Shown here in pieces: positions 50,190-59,874 of a DNA stretch of 64,000 nucleotides. The DNA comes from Candidatus Levyibacteriota bacterium. Lineage in GTDB: Bacteria > Patescibacteriota > Microgenomatia > Levybacterales > UBA12049. The notes beneath the pieces are model-generated. The model was not told where the DNA came from. It searched no databases and saw nothing but the letters and a program-made list of their open reading frames with translations. Position 1 is the first letter of the stretch; every line of letters starts with the position of its first letter. Location of the stretch: NCBI GenBank assembly GCA_052034235.1, contig JBPOIT010000013.1, positions 3,257 through 67,256 of the forward strand. The letters run 5' to 3'. A program made the position numbers and the translations under genes.

Positions 50190-51110
50190 CTATAAACCTA
50201 TTTTTCTGCGGATTTTATAAAATTGTTTTTTTAAATTTGTCGACTCTTCTCCAATCTTTTTATCATAAGACCAAAAATGCAGCTGTTTTGTTGATTCGTT
50301 TACCGATTCTTCAAACCCCTTTATGACATCTTCTGATTGCACCTCAGCAAAACCTTTACGTTCCCATACTTTGAGACATGTAATGAATTCGTAAAACGCT
50401 TCAAGCAGTGAAAGCACTAAACCATGAAGTCCGTCTTTATAACCTTTTCTGGCAAAATATCTGCTAAGAAATTCATGTACGGGAAGCATAAGAATATCTC
50501 GCCAATGGAATTCTTTATTCTCTTCTATGCGTTCCCGTGCAGTTATTGACGTATAATTATCAAGTTTACGAAGAAATTGTGAAATCGAATCATAATTAAA
50601 ATGAGTAAGAGCATTTTCTTCATGCGGTCCTAAATCGACAACTAATCCATGCACTTCCGCCTGAGCATGAATTTTATTGGGCCATGTTACTTTACCTTTT
50701 CTGAAAAAACGAATGTTGTAATCAGGCCACCAACCAGTATGCTGCATCCATTTATTAAAAATAATATTTTTCCTCGGTATTCGAACACATTCAGCTTTAG
50801 AAGTGCCTTCTGCAATCTCCTGAAGCTTATAGACTAAACTTTGCGGTACAATTTCATCCGCATCCACAACAAGTATCCAGTCCCCTGTTGCCTTACTAAT
50901 CGCGAAATTTCGTGAAGGTTCTACAAAACCCATATTTTTATGAGGAAAAATATGTGAAGTATATTTTTTGGCGATTTCGATCGTTTTGTCAGTTGATTCG
51001 TCATCGACAATAATTATTTCATCAGCCCATTTTACTGATTCCAAACAATCCTTAATTCGTTTTTCTTCGTTGAAGACAGTCATTACGACCGAAATAGATG
51101 GTTTATTCAT
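50190..51110 (-). CDS. GT2 glycosyltransferase (WaaE/KdtX-like)
   Basis: ISVVMTVFNEE, VDDESTDKT, VEPSRNFA, VDADE, WWPDYNIRFF, GYKDG. Confidence 0.9.
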   Translation of the reverse strand: MNKPSISVVMTVFNEEKRIKDCLESVKWADEIIIVDDESTDKTIEIAKKYTSHIFPHKNMGFVEPSRNFAISKATGDWILVVDADEIVPQSLVYKLQEIAEGTSKAECVRIPRKNIIFNKWMQHTGWWPDYNIRFFRKGKVTWPNKIHAQAEVHGLVVDLGPHEENALTHFNYDSISQFLRKLDNYTSITARERIEENKEFHWRDILMLPVHEFLSRYFARKGYKDGLHGLVLSLLEAFYEFITCLKVWERKGFAEVQSEDVIKGFEESVNESTKQLHFWSYDKKIGEESTNLKKQFYKIRRKIGL

Positions 51111-52551
51111 GTTTTTTAAAGAGTAACCGTTTTATTGCAAAAAGTTCCTTTTTAGCAAAAAAGTAAAAAATTGAAACGTATGTTACAATTCCAAGTAAAA
51201 TAACGAGCCCCAAACTGAGAAAATCGTGTACCAGTAATTTGGTGCCGGCAAAAACAATTATACCCATTACTACTGTGCAAAACAAAGGCTTATAAATACT
51301 TTCAATAAAACTGAATTGTACGGATTGTTTGACCAGTTTTGCAGTGTAGAGAATAGTAAGCGAGATAACAAAGGTCGCAATCGCAACCCCGTTAAATCCA
51401 TAAAAATAGATTAAAATCGGTGTTAAAATCCACGTACCAATAGTCCAGATAACCATGAGTTTAAGTGTTGTTTTCACTCTTCCTGTCGCGTCAAGTATAT
51501 TTACCAGTATGCCAGAGAGTGAGGAAACTGCTGCATTGAGACAGAAGAATATCAAACTCATCACTGCTGGTTCCCATTTATGCCATTGAGGAAAATACTG
51601 GATAATATATGGCATGGTAAGCATGACACCCGTTAAAACTGGAAACATAAGACTTGCGACAAAAAAGAAAGATTTTTCAATTGCTTTTCTCAAGACTTCG
51701 GTATTATCCTGAATGCGTGAGTATGCAGAAAAGGTTACTTTGGTGACGCTATCAACAATATATCTATACGCCATAAATGCAATTCGTTGCGCAAAACCAA
51801 TATAACCAATCTCTGTGAAAGAAAGAAACTTTGTCAGAATCACAGTCAACATATCATCCTTTATTGTAGCAAGTATATTTTTGGCTTGAAATTGTGCACC
51901 AAATTTCAGATGATGTAAAGATTCTCTGTCAATTCCTATGCGTATTTTCCAAGGAGCTATCGCGTAATAAATTGGGACTGTTATAATACTCGAAACCAAG
52001 AATGCATAGGTATAACTTTCCAAACGATATCCCTGAAGAATAAGAAAAATTAACAAGACATTAAATACCAATGATTCTACAATTTGAGGAATAATAAGTT
52101 TTTCAAATTTAATTTTTCGCTCAAGAATAATCGAAGGAATTGTTTTGAACGAAGAAATAAATATTGTAGCCACTAAAGCCACCAATAATCCTTCACCGGC
52201 ATTACCCAATTGAAAGTATGATGATAGTTGATCACGAAAGGCAAGAACACCAAGGAAAATGAGCAGCGTAATACCCGACTGAAGTGTGAAACTCGTTTTT
52301 ATATCATTATCAGTTAAATCCCCCTTTTTTTGTATCAAAGCTGCACCTAAACCAAAATCTGTAAAGAAGCTGATCACCCGCTGAATTGCGATAACTGCAA
52401 CATAAATACCCACATCAGCAGGAACGAGAACACTGAGAATAATAAGCGAAGCAGTAGTTTGAATAATTTGAAGCACAAACGTCCTTGAAATCAGCGCCAA
52501 AACTCCCTGCACCGATTTTTTGCCAAGCCCTAGTAGTTCATGCTCGTCCAT
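51103..52551 (-). CDS. Wzx/PST-family flippase
   Basis: FTDFGLGAALIQK, ILER.IKF, GYIGFA, VTFSAYSRIQD; about 12 TMs. Start set at ATG 52551 (TGGTACGAT-7 nt-ATG). Confidence 0.87.
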   Translation of the reverse strand: MDEHELLGLGKKSVQGVLALISRTFVLQIIQTTASLIILSVLVPADVGIYVAVIAIQRVISFFTDFGLGAALIQKKGDLTDNDIKTSFTLQSGITLLIFLGVLAFRDQLSSYFQLGNAGEGLLVALVATIFISSFKTIPSIILERKIKFEKLIIPQIVESLVFNVLLIFLILQGYRLESYTYAFLVSSIITVPIYYAIAPWKIRIGIDRESLHHLKFGAQFQAKNILATIKDDMLTVILTKFLSFTEIGYIGFAQRIAFMAYRYIVDSVTKVTFSAYSRIQDNTEVLRKAIEKSFFFVASLMFPVLTGVMLTMPYIIQYFPQWHKWEPAVMSLIFFCLNAAVSSLSGILVNILDATGRVKTTLKLMVIWTIGTWILTPILIYFYGFNGVAIATFVISLTILYTAKLVKQSVQFSFIESIYKPLFCTVVMGIIVFAGTKLLVHDFLSLGLVILLGIVTYVSIFYFFAKKELFAIKRLLFKKHE

Positions 52552-53257
52552 AATGTAAATCGTACCACAGAATGAGGCTTTCGAGAACAGCCCGCATGAT
52601 AACCGGCAGATTTGCTCCAGTTTGATGCCCAAGTTCTCTTGGGTAATGAGTTACTCCAATTTCTTTGATCTTTAGTCCTTTCTTTTTTGCTTTAGCAAGA
52701 ATTTCAGTTGAAATCAGTGCTCCTTCTGAACGAAGCGGTAAAATTGTATCAACAGCGTGCCGTGTGAACATTTTAAAAGCACAATCGATATCCTTGAAGT
52801 AAAATCTGAAAAGAACTAAATCCCATACTTTTAATAAATACATTAACAATAATCGTTTAAAAAGATTTTTATCTCTCCGTTTTTTTCGGTAACCAATGAC
52901 AACATCAGCTTTATCAATTTCTTCAATAAATTTTGATATCTCTGAAAAATCAAATTGCCCATCACCGTCAGTAAAAACAACAGTATTATATTTCGTGTTT
53001 TCAAATCCAGCTTTAAGGGCAGCACCATATCCTCGGTTAGGCTGATGTGAAACAACATGCAGCCTTTTATCTTGCTTAGCAAGTCTTTTGGCAATTTTCA
53101 AGGTATCATCATAAGAACCGTCATCAACCATAACGATTTCCCATTTTGAAGCAATTTTTTCAGCAGTTTTAATTGCTGATTTAACTGTTTGTTCAATATT
53201 TTCTTCTTCGTTCCAAAAAGGAAAGAAGATTGAGAGTTCGGAGAGTTTTTTAGCCAC
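52538..53257 (-). CDS. GT2 polyprenyl-phosphate glycosyltransferase (DPM1-like)
   Basis: LSIFFPFWNEE, VDDGSYD, NRGYGAAL, TDGDGQFD, DIDCAFK. Confidence 0.9.
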   Translation of the reverse strand: MAKKLSELSIFFPFWNEEENIEQTVKSAIKTAEKIASKWEIVMVDDGSYDDTLKIAKRLAKQDKRLHVVSHQPNRGYGAALKAGFENTKYNTVVFTDGDGQFDFSEISKFIEEIDKADVVIGYRKKRRDKNLFKRLLLMYLLKVWDLVLFRFYFKDIDCAFKMFTRHAVDTILPLRSEGALISTEILAKAKKKGLKIKEIGVTHYPRELGHQTGANLPVIMRAVLESLILWYDLHYGRA

Positions 53258-54968
53258 GTTTATTAACCTTTCTGGAAAGGATTATACCAGCTAGCAGTAC
53301 AATAACTCCAGTGAGAGATAATGCATTCCCCAGCATTTCAATTGGCGTTTGTGTATAAATAACTTCAAGCGTATGTTTTCCCTGAGGAACATTCACAAGA
53401 AGCCCTTTTTTAAAATATTTAAATTCCTGCTGCTTATTGTCTATATAGACATGCCAGCCCGGGAAATAAGCAACGGAAAGTAATACTTCAGTTTGTTTTG
53501 CTGCCTCGATTTCTGCTTTGATGATGGTCGTCTTCTCACTATATGAAATTACTTTAATATTTTTATTCTCTGTTAGTTTTTGTTTTGGAACATCCTTAAT
53601 ACTGACTGGTTTTTGAAATCCTTTTGGCATATACTCATCCGAAATGAGAGAAATGTCCCATGTTAATTCTTCTTTACTCGTAAAGTCTTTTGCTGTTTTT
53701 TCATAAATTTTATCAGGGGCAAATAATTTTCCGTTAAAAACAATAATCGCTGCTATGATAACGATTCCTGCCGCAATCTGCACTGTTGATTTTTTCTGTA
53801 AGAGTACAAAGATCGCCCCTCCCAGGAACGAAAGACAAAAAGTTATAAGGAGTAAGAATCTCCATGGGAATTGAAAAAATGCCATGTGCGGAATGCTATC
53901 CCAAATAAATTTAGAAAATTGGCTAGTTAGAAAAATCGAAAAGACTGCAACCAGTATGGATAAGAGAATTGCGAAGCGCACGCGTTTTTGCGCTCGATAG
54001 ATATATAAAGGGATGAGAGATAATAAAGCTAAGAGAATATGTAATTTGCCAATTTTAAAAGACATCCCGTCTAAACAGCCAGGTGCCGAACCTGCAAATC
54101 CCCACTGACTTTCCCATAATTGGCTGAGACAGAGAAAGTGATCTTTATAATCTGAGCCACCGCCAACAACAGATAATACGTTGGTGTATTGCATTTCAAA
54201 GAGGACTGGCAGCCAATAAAACCCAGAGAGCAAAATACCAAGAAGAAAACTCAGAAGAATAAAAAATGATTTAATAGTCTGAAATTTAAATCTGGCGATA
54301 GAATAGAGCAAGATTGCAAAACCAAACAAAAATGGGGTTACCATCATGGCAGTCAGGTTATGAGAAACAACAATCGCACAGTACCCTAAAGCAGCAGCAG
54401 CAATCCAATACCATACATTGCTTTGACTTTTGGTTTTTGATTTTGAGTCAGTTTTTTTTGTTACATTCTCAAAGATTTTATAGAGTGCAAGAAACGCAAG
54501 TGGTAGAAATCCATATGCCCATAACTCCCCAATTGCTCCACGTACATAAATATTTAGTGCGTGATACGGAGCATACATATAGAGCATTGCTGCGACAATC
54601 CCTCCAATTTTGCCCCAGAATTCTTTAGCTAGAAGATACATAAAGATTCCGGCAAGAAGTGTCCCTAGTCCTATCATAATTTTTGTGGCGATTAAACTAT
54701 CAAAGCCGAGCAGATTGAAAATTCCGCCGACATAATAAGCAAGCGGGCCGTAAAAATTAAAAATTGGATATCCATAGTTATAACCCAGGTCTGGAACCCA
54801 ACGTACTGGAAACATACCATCGGCAAGTGCAGTTTTCATTTCATAAACTCTCGCTACTTGTGTATCGTCGTGTACTCGAAAAAATCCTGCAGAAAAAAGT
54901 GGTTTGACAGCAAAGAAAGAAAGTACAATAACGAGTATTAGGGCAGCATATTTTTTAAAATAGTTCAT
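53250..54968 (-). CDS. YfhO/'6-PTPS-related' membrane protein (GT-C-like)
   Basis: HDD, PVRWVPDLGYNYGYPIFNFY, APYH..YVRGA.GE, SHN, FQFPWRF, YFPGW, VPQGKH. Start set at ATG 54968. Confidence 0.78.
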   Translation of the reverse strand: MNYFKKYAALILVIVLSFFAVKPLFSAGFFRVHDDTQVARVYEMKTALADGMFPVRWVPDLGYNYGYPIFNFYGPLAYYVGGIFNLLGFDSLIATKIMIGLGTLLAGIFMYLLAKEFWGKIGGIVAAMLYMYAPYHALNIYVRGAIGELWAYGFLPLAFLALYKIFENVTKKTDSKSKTKSQSNVWYWIAAAALGYCAIVVSHNLTAMMVTPFLFGFAILLYSIARFKFQTIKSFFILLSFLLGILLSGFYWLPVLFEMQYTNVLSVVGGGSDYKDHFLCLSQLWESQWGFAGSAPGCLDGMSFKIGKLHILLALLSLIPLYIYRAQKRVRFAILLSILVAVFSIFLTSQFSKFIWDSIPHMAFFQFPWRFLLLITFCLSFLGGAIFVLLQKKSTVQIAAGIVIIAAIIVFNGKLFAPDKIYEKTAKDFTSKEELTWDISLISDEYMPKGFQKPVSIKDVPKQKLTENKNIKVISYSEKTTIIKAEIEAAKQTEVLLSVAYFPGWHVYIDNKQQEFKYFKKGLLVNVPQGKHTLEVIYTQTPIEMLGNALSLTGVIVLLAGIILSRKVNKRG

Positions 54969-55028
54969 TTTTAAATTATACATCTTTACTCTTGTATACG
55001 TGGTCTTTTGGGTAACTTTTATATTTTC

Positions 55029-56546
55029 TCATTCTGAGAGTAACTGATAAACAGTATGATATGTATCCTTTTCTATCTTTTGATATTGATATATCTTTTT
55101 AACGGGCCATGCTTTTGGAGCTTCACCTGTAAATCTGCAACTTGAACACGATTGATAAAAAACAACATATGTTGGCATTTTTTTACTCATTTCAATAAGT
55201 TCTTGAGGAGGATTATCTTCAACTGGCCATATCCCTTCAATAGTTATATTTGGATTGTCATGCAAATAAATTTCAAGTGCGTATGGAAGGAGACCAAACG
55301 TACCGCCAGTCGCTACATATATTCTTTTGTTTTTACTTTCTTTTTCTAAAAGAGCAACTGTCTCAGCAACTCCTCCCCCAGCAGGCCATGCTCTGTAATA
55401 CTGATTAAGATCAGATCTTGCGATTGAAGCTTTATCAAAGTCTGTCAGAATGAACATATCTGTAATGACATATGGAAGCATAAAAACAAAGAGAATTCCA
55501 GCTTTTATCCACCTATTAGGTAATCCATGAAGAATGGTATAAAAAGAAAATGCCCCTAATGCTAAAAGCGGCATTGTCATAAATAAAATATATCGAGGGT
55601 ATAATAATTTACCAAATGTCGCTAGTGCAATAAATGGAATGATAAACCAAGCAAAGAGTAATAATTTTTCTCTCAGATATTTTTTGCCGATAAAAAAAGA
55701 AGCAAAAATAAAAATAAGGACAGGTACCTCCGTGTAATCAACAAGCCATCCCCAAAGCGTAATGATATTCGGAGTAAGAAAAGTGAATGGATGCTGAATC
55801 CATTCATTAAATGGATAAACAAAAACTGCGTCTTTTTGAGCTACGATATAAAAGAATGGTGAGAGACGCAATAACGCGTAAATTGCTTGCGCGATAAAAA
55901 CCGCGATAAAGGCACAGATACCCCATCTTATTAATTTCTTTTTCCAAACCTTATCTTTAAAATTAAAGAGGAAGAGTGAAAATGGAAGGAGAATTACTGC
56001 AAAATTTGCACTTGATTTATTGAGGAGTCCTATCCCAATAACGACACCCAACAAAACTGCTAAACGAAAATCTCGTTTTCTTACCAGAAGAATTTCTATA
56101 TATAACGACCAAATAATAAATGCCGCAACTAACGAATCATAGAGCGCAATCCTGTCATAAACGAGTGCAAATGGGTAGAGTAAATACAGAAATGACGCAA
56201 CAATAGCAATTTTTTTACTACGGAATAATTCTTTTGTGAGAAAGAATAATCCCACCATAGAAGCCAAACCTGCCATTACAGAAACCAGTCTGCCAGCAAG
56301 AAGTGGATCGGAAATGACATACATATTTAGCATGGCTAGCCAAACAAACAGTGGTTGCTTTCCGTCAGTGAGCGAAATAAAAATCCAATCAGGATCATTT
56401 CCAGCTATCTGCGCCCAACGAAGGTAAATTGCTTCATCAGTAAAAATTGGAAAAGCTGTAATATTTGCAAGCCTGGTAAAAAGATATACTGCAAGAAATC
56501 CAAAACCAAGGATCCAAAGAATTTGTTTTTTATGTAATCGCGTCAT
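55029..56546 (-). CDS. GT-C membrane glycosyltransferase (ArnT/PMT-like)
   Basis: PIFTDEAIYLRWA, SLTDGKQPL, GRLVS, YDRIALYDS, LNKS, PRY. Confidence 0.82.
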   Translation of the reverse strand: MTRLHKKQILWILGFGFLAVYLFTRLANITAFPIFTDEAIYLRWAQIAGNDPDWIFISLTDGKQPLFVWLAMLNMYVISDPLLAGRLVSVMAGLASMVGLFFLTKELFRSKKIAIVASFLYLLYPFALVYDRIALYDSLVAAFIIWSLYIEILLVRKRDFRLAVLLGVVIGIGLLNKSSANFAVILLPFSLFLFNFKDKVWKKKLIRWGICAFIAVFIAQAIYALLRLSPFFYIVAQKDAVFVYPFNEWIQHPFTFLTPNIITLWGWLVDYTEVPVLIFIFASFFIGKKYLREKLLLFAWFIIPFIALATFGKLLYPRYILFMTMPLLALGAFSFYTILHGLPNRWIKAGILFVFMLPYVITDMFILTDFDKASIARSDLNQYYRAWPAGGGVAETVALLEKESKNKRIYVATGGTFGLLPYALEIYLHDNPNITIEGIWPVEDNPPQELIEMSKKMPTYVVFYQSCSSCRFTGEAPKAWPVKKIYQYQKIEKDTYHTVYQLLSE

Positions 56547-57739
56547 AGGTGTTTTTTCTTTGCTTTAAGATGTTTTTTTTCTTTCATAAGGCTCCATATA
56601 GCAAGATTATACATAAACGGCAGAACGACTAGCAAATATCTTGGCCATGTTGGAACAACTGATAGGAAAATCAAATAAATAATAATCCAAATTGCACACA
56701 ACACAATAGGCTCTTTTATCTGTTCACGAATAATCTTATAGAGTGCATAAAGTGAGAGCAGAACAAGAAGAGGCCATCCAAGATGCCATTCTGAGACATT
56801 CATATACTCCCCCCACCATGTATGCCATTTACCAGTAAATAATATTTCCCATGGAGCCATGAATGATCCTTGTGCACCACTGCTGTAGAAATTGATAATC
56901 CATTTTTGAACACCCAGAAATTCAGTAAAAGAATTGCCGAGAATAAAAAATTGAATATACGTTACGGTAAAGACCACGCCTGCAATAGGTAAACTAATCG
57001 TGTACTTTTTAAAAAGTTTATATTGCTTCGTAAGTATGAGATAGAAAACTGATAAAGCTATGACAAGTGGGAAAGTTGATGCAGCAGATTTAGTAGCCGC
57101 CGCAAGACCGAGCATAATTGAAGATCTGATTAACTGCTTTTTAATAAGAAAAGTCATTGCAAGAAGTAACAATCCAAGGAAAAGTAAATCGAGAAACGGT
57201 GCACGAAGTTGTGTATAGAAGAGCGGTTCAAATGAGAAAAAGAGTACTGGTAGAAAAGAAAGCACGCGATCTTTAAATATTTGCATACTAAAAAGATAAA
57301 GTGCACCAAGTGCAAAAAGACCGCTTAAAAGAGCAAATATATTTTGATTTTTAAAGACAACTTCTGATAAACCGATAAGGTATTTCCCAAAAGGTGGAAC
57401 TTCTGCATTGAGTAATGTCGGATCACGTCCATGGATATATTCCCACCCAGCATAGGTATAGAGACTATCATCACCAATTGATTGCTTTTTAAAATCATTG
57501 CCTTTTTTCCCCTCTTCACTTTTTGCATACCAATGATCGTCCCAGACGCAGGTAAATGGATTCACATGCGGGTCTAAATTCTCACATGCGGGCTTGGTAC
57601 TCCATTGAGAATATTCGTAACGTTCTTTCCAGAAATCCGGATCATATGGGGTAAGATATTCTTGTCTATATTCAAATATCCGAAAACCTAGGTGTATTGA
57701 AAAAAGGACGACGAGTAAAAGAAATACTTTTTGTTTCAT
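56543..57739 (-). CDS. GT-C membrane glycosyltransferase (PMT-like)
   Basis: IGDDSLY, NAEVPPFGKYLIG, FEPLF, FLDL, ATK, PRY. Confidence 0.75.
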   Translation of the reverse strand: MKQKVFLLLVVLFSIHLGFRIFEYRQEYLTPYDPDFWKERYEYSQWSTKPACENLDPHVNPFTCVWDDHWYAKSEEGKKGNDFKKQSIGDDSLYTYAGWEYIHGRDPTLLNAEVPPFGKYLIGLSEVVFKNQNIFALLSGLFALGALYLFSMQIFKDRVLSFLPVLFFSFEPLFYTQLRAPFLDLLFLGLLLLAMTFLIKKQLIRSSIMLGLAAATKSAASTFPLVIALSVFYLILTKQYKLFKKYTISLPIAGVVFTVTYIQFFILGNSFTEFLGVQKWIINFYSSGAQGSFMAPWEILFTGKWHTWWGEYMNVSEWHLGWPLLVLLSLYALYKIIREQIKEPIVLCAIWIIIYLIFLSVVPTWPRYLLVVLPFMYNLAIWSLMKEKKHLKAKKKHL

Positions 57740-59004
57740 AGTTTTTTTGTGAGCTTTTGTTTTTTATGCGCTTTTACAAAGGCATATTGTTTGTAAGAGA
57801 AGATAACAGCGAAAACAAAAAAAGATACGCTATAACTGAAAAAATTTATATCAGATAAGATTTGAGGGATTGGCTTGTCCCAATTCCCAACAAAAAGATA
57901 CGGTACATAATTTAATAATGCTGCAAAAGAAATAATTATTGAAGGAATAAGAACGTAATATCTATGCGCGAGAAAAACTGCAAAAGGAAATATTGCCAGG
58001 AGATACCATGGTTGAAAATTTGAAATTGTAGATTCCACATATACACCTATGACCATAAGCAGCAATCCAATTGTCATGAGCGGTTCCCAATGCAATTCTT
58101 TTTTTCTCCACAAGAACAAATGCATCAGGAGGAAAACCGGTGCGATAAAAGCAGTAACAAATTTCACACCAACAGATAAAGCAAAGAGGATATATGCAAA
58201 AATATATTTTTTAGTCAGTAATAAATAAAATGCCCACAGACTCAAAAACATCATAACAATATCTAAATGTCCACTCACCAAACTTTCAATCAGTACCAAT
58301 GGATTAAGCGCGAAGAAAATTAAACCAAAAACTTCTCTATCTGGTGCAAGTTTTTGAAAGATTTTACCGATAAAATAAGAGCATCCTATGAAACTTGCTA
58401 CCATAAGGAATTTGAAAAGAAAAAATGTCGGTAGAAAAAACTGCATACCTACAAATGATAAAGGCAGAGAAATACCAAGCCAAACCGGACCATACGGATA
58501 TACTCGATGAGTCCATCTCATAAAAGAGAGCATCGGATCCCCCGGATAATCAAGTGCTTTATGTTCATATGGATTTTCATGATACTGCGTGACAATCTTT
58601 GCATCAAAAATGTAATTAAACATATCATACGAAAATGCATTGTAGGAAAAAACTAAAAGAAGTGCCGAAATAATTATCGATGACCAGACGAACGGTTTGC
58701 CAATTTTCTTCTTGTGAGCTAATCGAAGAATTACAGCATAAAATATATAAAGAAGTACAACAATACTTATATAAAGAAGTGTCGATAGCGGCCTGTCAAA
58801 ATAGCCTATGCGTTGGAATGCAGTCGTGATTGTGCGTAGGACTTCTATTCGGGAGAATGTAAGACTCAAATCTACCTGAGTAAACGAATAAAGAAATAAT
58901 CCTAGAAGTACAATGCTGTAAAGGAAAAGAAGTATTTTTTCTCTATTCTGTAATTTTATTAAGACTCCAAACATATGCCACTTTCTAACACCCATCCACA
59001 TCAC
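57736..59004 (-). CDS. GT-C mannosyltransferase, MptA/MptB-like
   Basis: FSYDMFNY..AKI, ENPY, YPYGPVW, FK, ALNPLVLIE..SGHLD, VK, QPWY. True start may be downstream (e.g. 58974). Confidence 0.7.
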   Translation of the reverse strand: MMWMGVRKWHMFGVLIKLQNREKILLFLYSIVLLGLFLYSFTQVDLSLTFSRIEVLRTITTAFQRIGYFDRPLSTLLYISIVVLLYIFYAVILRLAHKKKIGKPFVWSSIIISALLLVFSYNAFSYDMFNYIFDAKIVTQYHENPYEHKALDYPGDPMLSFMRWTHRVYPYGPVWLGISLPLSFVGMQFFLPTFFLFKFLMVASFIGCSYFIGKIFQKLAPDREVFGLIFFALNPLVLIESLVSGHLDIVMMFLSLWAFYLLLTKKYIFAYILFALSVGVKFVTAFIAPVFLLMHLFLWRKKELHWEPLMTIGLLLMVIGVYVESTISNFQPWYLLAIFPFAVFLAHRYYVLIPSIIISFAALLNYVPYLFVGNWDKPIPQILSDINFFSYSVSFFVFAVIFSYKQYAFVKAHKKQKLTKKL

Positions 59005-59763
59005 CTAACTATACTTCCCAGCTAAAATGTTCCTTTTTATACGGAGTAAATCTTTAATCCCTTGAATTGAATCACTGACTGGGTTAACTCTTCTCGTTTC
59101 GACATGCAGCCATTCGATACCTACTTCCTTTACTTTAAAACCTTTTTGTTTGGCTAGGTAGAGAATTTCAATATCTAGTCCAAAAGTAATCGCTGTTCCC
59201 TTCACCTGCGTAAATCCCTCTTTTAAATCACGGAATTTTGTAAAAACTGTTTCTGCTGCTTCACTCGTGAAGAGTTTAAAACCACACTGCGTATCAGAAA
59301 TTTCACGAATTCCGATGATCATTTTACGAAGCAGAATAGCGCTTTTGGAAATAAGTAGTCGTATTGCTGGAGCACCTTTACGCACGTCATTTCGTGAACC
59401 TATTGCAATATCATATTCTTTACTCTCAAGAAACGGCAGTAATTTATTTACTTCTTCAATTGGGGTTGCTTGATCCATATCGGTAAACAAACGATACGAA
59501 CCTGTTGCCTTAAGCATGCCGGTTGTAACAGCTCCAGCTTTACCATAATGTGGATTTTGAATAAGTATAAAATGAGGGTTATCTTTAATAAACTTCTTAA
59601 GAAACGCAACACTGCCATCTTTGGAGCCGTCATCGACAACAATCACTTCATAAGCGAATTTTTTCTTTTCGAGGAAGTGTTCAATCTTATCAAGAACACC
59701 TTTCTGCAGATTAGCCATCTCATCATAACAAGGTATTATTACTGAGAGATATATTTTCTTCAT
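59005..59763 (-). CDS. GT2 dolichyl/polyprenyl-phosphate glucosyltransferase-like (ALG5/DPG synthase)
   Basis: LSVIIPCY, VDDGSKD, GKAGAV..GM, FTDMDQATP, IAIGSR, DTQCGFKLF, DIEIL. Confidence 0.88.
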   Translation of the reverse strand: MKKIYLSVIIPCYDEMANLQKGVLDKIEHFLEKKKFAYEVIVVDDGSKDGSVAFLKKFIKDNPHFILIQNPHYGKAGAVTTGMLKATGSYRLFTDMDQATPIEEVNKLLPFLESKEYDIAIGSRNDVRKGAPAIRLLISKSAILLRKMIIGIREISDTQCGFKLFTSEAAETVFTKFRDLKEGFTQVKGTAITFGLDIEILYLAKQKGFKVKEVGIEWLHVETRRVNPVSDSIQGIKDLLRIKRNILAGKYS

Positions 59764-59874
59764 TACAAAAATTATACTACACCTACGCCCCTTTTGCTAA
59801 AGAATATTCTTTAAGGCTAACTTTCTATATACTTACATGAAAATATTAATACATGCTTTTTTAAATTTAAACTA

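Noticed and set aside
40825-54968. Pterin or queuosine biosynthesis role for the two '6-PTPS-related' membrane proteins
   Set aside because: They show only the multi-TM YfhO/GT-C-like region and no T-fold catalytic motifs; the family label is misleading here.
15731-56600. A8/T8 homopolymers inside glycosyltransferase genes as phase-variation tracts
   Set aside because: Expected from Lys/Phe codons in AT-rich DNA; the frames are intact and there are no long G/C tracts.
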